The notes under the pieces were generated by a model, which did not search any database, had not been told where the DNA came from, and saw only the letters and a list, made by a program, of their open reading frames with translations. 44,112 nt of DNA, taken from positions 1 to 44,112 of IMG/VR virus record IMGVR_UViG_3300045988_167653. One strand, 5' to 3'. Both the position numbers and the translations under genes were made by a program. Source of the stretch: a virus. Positions 38,747 through 44,112 of this stretch are shown piece by piece (the stretch's first letter is position 1; every line of letters begins with the position of its first letter).

Positions 38747-39054
38747 GCAACTATAAGAGATTGACAGAAAGACGAAGTAATTTAATAATTGATAATTGTG
38801 GTAATTGCCCAAATGTCAGAAATCCACAAGGGTGTACAGATGAAGCCTGCTATGAAATCATAAAAAATCGCCTTGCCGAACTTGAAGATAAAATTGAGAA
38901 CGGAACGCTTATATTCATTGACGAACCATTTTGGTCGGAATATCACGACTGTTGGGCAGTTTTCCAAAGAACAGAAGATATAGTACAAACCTGCTATATG
39001 ACCGTAAAACAAGCGGAAGATTATAAAAAAATTAAGGAGATACGGAATGAGTAA
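38743..39054 (+). CDS. Hypothetical Cys-containing protein
   Basis: 103 aa with an ATGA overlap. Confidence 0.55.
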   Translation: MSNYKRLTERRSNLIIDNCGNCPNVRNPQGCTDEACYEIIKNRLAELEDKIENGTLIFIDEPFWSEYHDCWAVFQRTEDIVQTCYMTVKQAEDYKKIKEIRNE

Positions 39055-39457
39055 ATTCGGAGTATTAGAAAAACAATTTGACTATAAAGGTCACGATTGC
39101 GTGTGTGTATTCACAGCCTTGGGCACGCGGAATGGATATGTGTCAGTTGACGACAACAAAGATTTTGAACAGTATGACATTGATTGCCACTGTTATTTGA
39201 GTTTCGGAGCAGCCAGACTTTCCGAAGAATGTAACCCAAAGAAAGACTATTACATCGGATTTGACTGCGCTCATATTTGCGACGGACGCGATTGGAATAT
39301 GGCGTTAAAGTATGGGCTTATAACCGAAAAGCGATATAACGAACTTATGGAAATGGAAATCCAGTTGCCCACGTTTTTGCAACCCGTTAGAAGCCTTGAA
39401 TATGTGGAAAATGAGTGCAGAAAGATTGTTGACCAACTTGAAAAGGAGAATAAATAA
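39047..39457 (+). CDS. Hypothetical conserved phage protein (GYV...GFDCAH motif)
   Basis: 136 aa. RNGYVSV and IGFDCAHICDG motifs recur in Firmicutes phage proteins of unknown function (from memory). Confidence 0.55.
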   Translation: MSKFGVLEKQFDYKGHDCVCVFTALGTRNGYVSVDDNKDFEQYDIDCHCYLSFGAARLSEECNPKKDYYIGFDCAHICDGRDWNMALKYGLITEKRYNELMEMEIQLPTFLQPVRSLEYVENECRKIVDQLEKENK

Positions 39458-39898
39458 ATGAGAGAAATTTTATTTAGAGGCAAACGAGTAGATAATGGCG
39501 AATGGGTTTATGGCTTTCTTGTAGAAGCATTAAATTGTGTTACAGACAAAAATGAAACATTTATAATCGAACAAGACGCAACTTATTTTACCCACGGAGA
39601 GTTTGCTTGTGCAGTTGAAGTTATCCCCGAAACCGTCGGGCAATTCACGGGCATTAAAGACAAGAGCGGCAAGAAGATATTCGAGGGTGATATTGTTAAG
39701 GTAACGATTGGATTGCAAGGTTATCAGTCAACGTATGATTTGGTAAAAGCGGCGTTCAGTTATAAGAGTGTAAATTGTACAGTTAAATATAAGTTAAATG
39801 ATAGCAGAATGGCGGCGTTTTATCCGTTTATAAACCCTAATATAAAAGAAGTTGAAGTAGTCGGCAATATATACGACAATGAGGAGGAGAAAGAATGA
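39458..39898 (+). CDS. YopX-family protein
   Basis: 146 aa. MREILFRGKRVDNGEWVYG...QFTGIKDKSGKKIFEGDIV is the characteristic YopX pattern. Confidence 0.7.
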   Translation: MREILFRGKRVDNGEWVYGFLVEALNCVTDKNETFIIEQDATYFTHGEFACAVEVIPETVGQFTGIKDKSGKKIFEGDIVKVTIGLQGYQSTYDLVKAAFSYKSVNCTVKYKLNDSRMAAFYPFINPNIKEVEVVGNIYDNEEEKE

Positions 39899-40092
39899 TA
39901 AAAGTAATTAAGCACGGACGGAGGGGCTTGACGTTCAAAACGACTTGTGAAGTTTGTGGTTGTGAGTTTACTTACGAATTGTGCGATATAGAGGGGAACA
40001 GTGTTCTATGTCCAGATTGTTGGAGTTGGGTAACCGACAAAAAACGGCAACCCGTAGAGGACTTGACTTTGCAAAATAACGGCGAGGAATAG
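39895..40092 (+). CDS. Zinc-ribbon small protein
   Basis: 65 aa. Contains CEVCGC...CPDC. Confidence 0.55.
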   Translation: MIKVIKHGRRGLTFKTTCEVCGCEFTYELCDIEGNSVLCPDCWSWVTDKKRQPVEDLTLQNNGEE

Positions 40093-40096
40093 AAAA

Positions 40097-40303
40097 ATGA
40101 ATACATATAATAAATGCAAATATGGGAAGTTGTATGACGAAATGATTGAACAACTAAAAGCAGAAAAGGTCAAGTTTTTGGAATTGTTTGACGACACGAG
40201 AAGCGCAGAATACATAATATGCTTTGATATTAGCGGTTTTACTATTGACACAAAAACATCTCGGTTTGTGGGATACTCCGCTGGAAATAGAGAAGATAGG
40301 TGA
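40097..40303 (+). CDS. Hypothetical small protein
   Basis: 68 aa ORF with a GAGGAA SD. Confidence 0.5.
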   Translation: MNTYNKCKYGKLYDEMIEQLKAEKVKFLELFDDTRSAEYIICFDISGFTIDTKTSRFVGYSAGNREDR

Positions 40304-40309
40304 TGGGAA

Positions 40310-40471
40310 ATGGAAATAGAAATTAAGTTTGTTTTAACGGCGAAGGACTATTCAGTGCTGGAAAGTGCGCTTAAAACTTATCCGAAAGATAAAACAATTA
40401 CAAAGTCTTTATTGCAGATAATGGAATATAATTATGGAAGAAAAATTGATAAAAAGCAAAACAAGAGTTAA
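40310..40471 (+). CDS. Hypothetical small protein, 53 aa
   Basis: Hand translation: MEIEIKFVLTAKDYSVLESALKTYPKDKTITKSLLQIMEYNYGRKIDKKQNKS. Overlaps the next ORF by 38 nt. Confidence 0.35.
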   Translation: MEIEIKFVLTAKDYSVLESALKTYPKDKTITKSLLQIMEYNYGRKIDKKQNKS

Positions 40472-40889
40472 AGAGTTTGCGGAAGTTTTCACGCCTAACT
40501 TCATTGTTCGGGATATGTGCGACCTAATACCCGCTGAAATTTGGGAAAACATAGAAAGCACTTTTTTAGAGCCGAGTTGCGGGAATGGAAACTTTATTGT
40601 TGAAATATTAAAACGGAAATATTCACGGTGCAAAACGCCAAAAGACGGGTTAAAAGCACTTGCAAGCGTTGTTGGGATAGATATTCAAGAAGATAATTGC
40701 AAAGAGTGTAGAGAACGATTGTTGGCGCAATTTATGGAGCATTTCCCGACCGCAAACAATATTGCTATTGCCACGGCATATAAAATTTTGCAGAATAACA
40801 TTATTTGCGGGGATAGCCTTAAAATAATGGAAAGTTGGGAAGAAAAAGAACAATTAAGTATATTTGATTTTATAGAAGAACCGAAATGA
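40434..40889 (+). CDS. N6-adenine DNA methyltransferase-like N-terminal (AdoMet-binding) module only
   Basis: 151 aa. EVFTPNFIVRDMCDLIP...FLEPSCGNGNFIVE matches the start plus motif I of gamma-class MTases. No (D/N)PP(Y/F) catalytic motif appears anywhere in the ORF. Confidence 0.5.
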   Translation: MEEKLIKSKTRVKEFAEVFTPNFIVRDMCDLIPAEIWENIESTFLEPSCGNGNFIVEILKRKYSRCKTPKDGLKALASVVGIDIQEDNCKECRERLLAQFMEHFPTANNIAIATAYKILQNNIICGDSLKIMESWEEKEQLSIFDFIEEPK

Positions 40890-41788
40890 AAACACGAGAA
40901 ATCACGGACGAAATTAAAAAGCAAGTAATCGAGTGCTATAACCGTCATTATTCAACAGAAAAAACACTTAACATAATTCCTATAAGCGTATATCAATATT
41001 ATGGGATATTACACGAGGCAAGGGAAAAGGGCGAGTATGTGATACCGCCCCACTCCCCAAAACCAAAGCCGCCGAAACCGCAGAAAGTGCAGAAACAGCA
41101 CGAGTACGATGTGCGCCGATATAATAACCCTAAAACCGCGGAAAACATAGAAAAGACCATTGCAATGCGGGCGGACGGAGTAACTCTCCGAGAAGTCGCA
41201 GAAAGGCTTGGCGTGTCGCTTGGAATGGCAAAATACTATTGGAGTATAGCAATATATAGGGGCGAGAAAAAGACGGGCAGACCGAACAAGTTTGAGCCGA
41301 GCGGCGTTGAGATTGCCAGAATGAGGCAACTATATGCGGGCGGAGCGTCGGTTGCCCAAATAGCCGCAGAAATGGGCGTTTGCGGGACGACAATATATAA
41401 GTACCTGAAAGATAACAAGTGGCGTAGGGCGGCGGTCAGGGATATTCACCGCGAGCGTGTGATATACTTATACCGTTGCGGGTTCTCTTATAGTGATATA
41501 GCCCGCGCAATCGGGCATAGTATAAACTATGTAAGCACATTGTTAGACGGGGAAAAGGAAAGGCGCAAGCCGTGGACGAGCGACGACGAACGGGCTTTGA
41601 TTGCAGCCGTTAAGAGCGGGAAAACCCCCGCCGAGATAGCCCCGCAAATGGGACGGAGCGCAAACACAATATCACAATATATTTACTTGTTGCGGAAAGG
41701 CGGAAAGATACCGCCGAGCCAAAGGGCGATAAACCGCCTTAAAAACGGCGAAAGCACGGCGGACGAACAAGTTATCACCCGAACATAA
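40886..41788 (+). CDS. Protein with five tandem helix-turn-helix modules
   Basis: 300 aa. Repeated pattern x-G-x-S/T-xx-E/D-I-A-xx-hG-h-S-xx-T-h-xxYh: STEKTLNIIPISVYQYY, VTLREVAERLGVSLGMAKYY, ASVAQIAAEMGVCGTTIYKYL, FSYSDIARAIGHSINYVSTLL, KTPAEIAPQMGRSANTISQYI. Confidence 0.6.
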   Translation: MKTREITDEIKKQVIECYNRHYSTEKTLNIIPISVYQYYGILHEAREKGEYVIPPHSPKPKPPKPQKVQKQHEYDVRRYNNPKTAENIEKTIAMRADGVTLREVAERLGVSLGMAKYYWSIAIYRGEKKTGRPNKFEPSGVEIARMRQLYAGGASVAQIAAEMGVCGTTIYKYLKDNKWRRAAVRDIHRERVIYLYRCGFSYSDIARAIGHSINYVSTLLDGEKERRKPWTSDDERALIAAVKSGKTPAEIAPQMGRSANTISQYIYLLRKGGKIPPSQRAINRLKNGESTADEQVITRT

Positions 41789-41835
41789 AAAACCGCCCAC
41801 GGGGAAACCACGGGGCGGGAAAGGGCAAAAAGATA

Positions 41836-41862
41836 CCCACGGCACAAAACCGTGGGCTTTTC
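41836..41862. terminator. Bidirectional intrinsic terminator between convergent operons
   Basis: CCCACGG (41836-41842) pairs with CCGTGGG (41850-41856), with T-runs on both strands. A second GC hairpin, CCGCCC/GGGCGG, lies at 41793-41818. Confidence 0.7.
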
Positions 41863-41863
41863 T

Positions 41864-42421
41864 TTACTTAACTTTACAGGTGCAAAGCATTGTTTTTGCC
41901 GAGCCGTCGGGGGTTTCAATAAAAATATGACGGGTTGCATTGTCGGCGTCAATCGTAATAAGAGCGCGCTTGCCATATCCATAATCTTTAAGCGAGTTAA
42001 GGATTTCAGCGAGCATTTTGGCGTCAATTCCGATTTCAATAGGTTGTTTTGGCGCGTTCGTTGCATAAATGCACTCCCAACCGATATAATCAACGAGATA
42101 GTTCGTTGTTAGGCTTGTTGTGCCGTCGCACATTGTTACGGACTTATTGTCGTTAATCATAAAGTCAACGCGCATTGCGTGCTTGTCGATTTTGACGGGC
42201 TTAACAAAAAAGTCAAACACCTGTTCGTCTTTGGTGATTACGTCGGTTGATGTTACGGTCGCAAGTCGGAAAGCGTCGCAACCGATAGCGGTCGCTTTGT
42301 TTGCCCTAACTTCGATTTTGATATATTGCAGATTTTCGCGCACGCCGTCGGTGTCAAGGCACGCTCCGCAAACTTTGAACATTTTTCTAACATCATTAGC
42401 ATTGATTGATACGATTTTCAT
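41864..42421 (-). CDS. Compact DNA polymerase III beta-clamp-like protein (putative)
   Basis: 185 aa with an AAAGGAGT SD. LQYIKIEVRANKATAIGCDAFRLA resembles DnaN domain I (..L.l.atD..Rla). IGIDAKMLAEILNSL...IFIETP....MLC resembles the DnaN C-terminal FN.kYL.d.L....P....mP segment. Confidence 0.4.
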   Translation of the reverse strand: MKIVSINANDVRKMFKVCGACLDTDGVRENLQYIKIEVRANKATAIGCDAFRLATVTSTDVITKDEQVFDFFVKPVKIDKHAMRVDFMINDNKSVTMCDGTTSLTTNYLVDYIGWECIYATNAPKQPIEIGIDAKMLAEILNSLKDYGYGKRALITIDADNATRHIFIETPDGSAKTMLCTCKVK

Positions 42422-42444
42422 TTTTGTAAACTCCTTTAATTTTA

Positions 42445-42591
42445 TTATTTTTTAAGCACTTCTTCAAGTGTGTAAATGTATTTTTCACGGGTAAATACCA
42501 CCGCTCCGAAAAGGCGAGCAACCGCATAAGCGCGTTTTTTGTCGGTGTAGTCCTTTTGTTTGCCGTTGATAAAAAGTGTGTAGATTGTCAT
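42445..42591 (-). CDS. Hypothetical small protein, 48 aa
   Basis: Hand translation: MTIYTLFINGKQKDYTDKKRAYAVARLFGAVVFTREKYIYTLEEVLKK, with an AGGAGA SD. Confidence 0.5.
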   Translation of the reverse strand: MTIYTLFINGKQKDYTDKKRAYAVARLFGAVVFTREKYIYTLEEVLKK

Positions 42592-42595
42592 TGTC

Positions 42596-43621
42596 TTATT
42601 CTCCTAAAATGTATTGTATGTCGCTTGTTGGTAAGTCGCAGATTTGCACGCGTTGCAGGTCGGGCGAGTTCGGGAGCGACACGAGCGCGTCGCCCTTGCC
42701 GAGCAGGTCAACCGCTTTGGCGCAGTCAAGTATATTGATACTATGCCTTTGACTATTGACCGAAAGGCAGATTTTCGTTTGGCAACCGTATTTGACGGTC
42801 GAATTGATAACTTGTAACACGGGATTTTGTGTCGCTATAATGGCGAACACATTGCAGGCGCGCCCGAGATTGACGACTTTATTCATAAGTGTATCAAGCA
42901 TATCCCGCGCTTCCTTTGTGCCTTGTCGCAGTTGCGCGTATTCGTCGATGACAAGGACGAAAAGCGGAAAGTCGGAAAGGTCGGCTTTTCTCTTGCCTTT
43001 CTCTTGTAAAATCTTGTATCTATTGTCGATTTCGTCGGCGGTTTTGCGGATAAGGCGCAGGGCTTCGTCGAATGTATAGGCGACAGGTTCAATAAGTTGT
43101 GGTAAACGCCCGTCATATATCGAAAACTCCGTGCGTTTCAGGTCAATCATTAAAAAGACGATTTCGGACGGCTTCGCACCGATTGCAAGCGACAGAACAA
43201 GGTTATTGACCGCAACGCTCTTACCGCTCCCAGTCGCACCAGCGACAAGCACCGAAAGGGTGTCCATTATGTTAGCAGTAATAGGTTGATTATCCGTATC
43301 AATGCCGATGAGCATTTCGCCCGCGCACTTGTTGTATGCGTTTCGTCCGAAAGCGAAAAAGTTAGGGAAAGCGCGTTCAGGGTTCGGGATTGTAATTTTC
43401 AAGGTGTTTCCGACGCCCGTATTCGCGTTGTAAGTGATTTTTTGCCCCGTGGCGATTTCCAGTGCGCCGACAGACTTTTTGACCGTTGCAGGCGTGTTTC
43501 CGCCGTCAAGGTGTGCCGTGTATGTTGTGCAGGTGTAGCCCAGAACAGCGGGCGCAACCGTACAGGGCGCGCCGTGTGCCGTCAATGTCGATTGAATAAG
43601 GGTTTCGGGATAGTATTTCAT
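42596..43621 (-). CDS. FtsK/SpoIIIE-family ATPase (motor domain only)
   Basis: 341 aa from the ATG at 43619-43621 (ATGA-coupled, GAGGAGGGG SD). Walker A is VAGATGSGKS, Walker B is LFVLVIDEYAQL, and IIATQNP is present. No TM or gamma domain. Confidence 0.8.
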   Translation of the reverse strand: MKYYPETLIQSTLTAHGAPCTVAPAVLGYTCTTYTAHLDGGNTPATVKKSVGALEIATGQKITYNANTGVGNTLKITIPNPERAFPNFFAFGRNAYNKCAGEMLIGIDTDNQPITANIMDTLSVLVAGATGSGKSVAVNNLVLSLAIGAKPSEIVFLMIDLKRTEFSIYDGRLPQLIEPVAYTFDEALRLIRKTADEIDNRYKILQEKGKRKADLSDFPLFVLVIDEYAQLRQGTKEARDMLDTLMNKVVNLGRACNVFAIIATQNPVLQVINSTVKYGCQTKICLSVNSQRHSINILDCAKAVDLLGKGDALVSLPNSPDLQRVQICDLPTSDIQYILGE

Positions 43622-43770
43622 TTTTCCGCGTTCCCCTCCTCGATAAGTTCCTTTAACTCGATAATGCAATCCCATTGCTTTTTAGTATAGTTTTTATTAT
43701 GCGTGTAAAGAAAGTCGATGATGTATTGTAGTTTCTTTATTTTCATTTCGATTTTTTCATTTTCTATCAT
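43618..43770 (-). CDS. Hypothetical small protein, 50 aa
   Basis: Hand translation: MIENEKIEMKIKKLQYIIDFLYTHNKNYTKKQWDCIIELKELIEEGNAEK, with an AAGGAGT SD. Confidence 0.5.
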   Translation of the reverse strand: MIENEKIEMKIKKLQYIIDFLYTHNKNYTKKQWDCIIELKELIEEGNAEK

Positions 43771-43776
43771 AATATA

Positions 43777-44073
43777 TCACTCCTTAACAATGCCGTATGC
43801 GTCGCCGTGTTCAAAGCGCACTAAAATTTGATAATATGCGGGGTCTTGTATGTTGGCGCGTTTAATTGCTTTTATGTCGTGTATAAGGTCTATGCTGTTT
43901 TGCTTGTTAGTAATATCCCAAAATTGATTTTGGTTACACATAATGCCCACGTTGCCAAAGCCCGCACGAAATATTTTTTCCAGTGGGTACAATCCCCCGA
44001 TAACTTCCTTAATGTTTTTTTTTGTCGCCGAAAAGCCCGTTCTTAATACGGTTTTTATAATGTTTTTGTTCAT
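43777..44073 (-). CDS. Hypothetical protein, 98 aa
   Basis: ORF track entry with an AGGAGGAC SD. Its 5' end lies in the terminal repeat, so its first 60 nt also appear at 1-60. Confidence 0.7.
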   Translation of the reverse strand: MNKNIIKTVLRTGFSATKKNIKEVIGGLYPLEKIFRAGFGNVGIMCNQNQFWDITNKQNSIDLIHDIKAIKRANIQDPAYYQILVRFEHGDAYGIVKE

Positions 44074-44112
44074 TTTTTAGTCCTCCTAAATTGCGCGCCC
44101 GTCGCGCGTCCA
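44014..44112. repeat. Terminal direct repeat, copy 2 (identical to 1-99)
   Basis: Compared base by base with 1-99. Confidence 0.95.

Noticed and set aside
1-44112. Genome-wide stop-codon reassignment
   Set aside because: TAA, TGA and TAG all terminate well-formed genes at expected lengths, for example TAA for terL, portal and capsid, TGA at ATGA overlaps, and TAG at 40090-40092. The in-frame stops at 247-249 and 567-569 are therefore local oddities.
1-44112. Diversity-generating retroelement or retron
   Set aside because: No ORF has reverse-transcriptase motifs (no YxDD-containing polymerase-like protein). I saw no template/variable repeat pair near the fiber genes.

Overview
The window is a complete or near-complete tailed dsDNA phage genome with siphovirus-like gene order. 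Bases 1-99 are identical to 44014-44112, so it was assembled as a circle with a unit length of 44013 bp. Host signals point to Firmicutes/Clostridia: AAAGGAG-type SDs, TTGACA/TATAAT promoters with TG-extended -10 elements, and a Listeria-Bacteroides (Flg_new)-like repeat on a tail protein. Layout is as follows. (i) A leftward early operon runs from the promoter at 1730-1758 down through coordinate 1, wraps to 44073, and ends at 41864. It encodes small proteins, an FtsK/SpoIIIE-like ATPase and a compact beta-clamp-like protein. (ii) About 1 kb (1724-2754) is non-coding control/origin-like DNA with palindromes, iteron-like repeats, an AT-rich tract and a strand-asymmetric G-rich GTGG array. (iii) A rightward block runs 2755-29192. 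It starts with small ORFs, then a promoter plus a 310-nt structured leader and terminator, then terL, portal, scaffold, capsid, connectors, tail tube, G/T chaperone with -1 frameshift, tape measure, Dit/Tal and fibers. After the fibers come membrane proteins and a Gln/Cys-rich cassette containing a BclA-C-terminal-like protein. (iv) A short leftward unit (29298-30481) holds a DnaD-like replisome organizer and a zinc-ribbon membrane protein. (v) A rightward early block (30640-41788) holds a PD-(D/E)XK exonuclease, an annealing-protein candidate, an SSB-tip protein, an ERCC4-like nuclease, a TerS-like protein, a small serine recombinase, an RNA ligase, ASCH and YopX proteins, an MTase N-terminal-only ORF and a five-HTH protein. 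I saw no tRNA, CRISPR array, reverse transcriptase, tyrosine or large-serine integrase, or recognizable endolysin. The most unusual signals are regulatory and non-coding. Four consensus promoters are each followed by a hairpin plus U-tract ahead of an operon. The terL leader is rich in anti-SD motifs. A tandem GTGG-N6-GTGG motif is built into the promoters and amplified in the G-rich block. A 31-nt repeat brackets one early gene. All functional calls come from motif recognition by eye and gene order; no database search was run.
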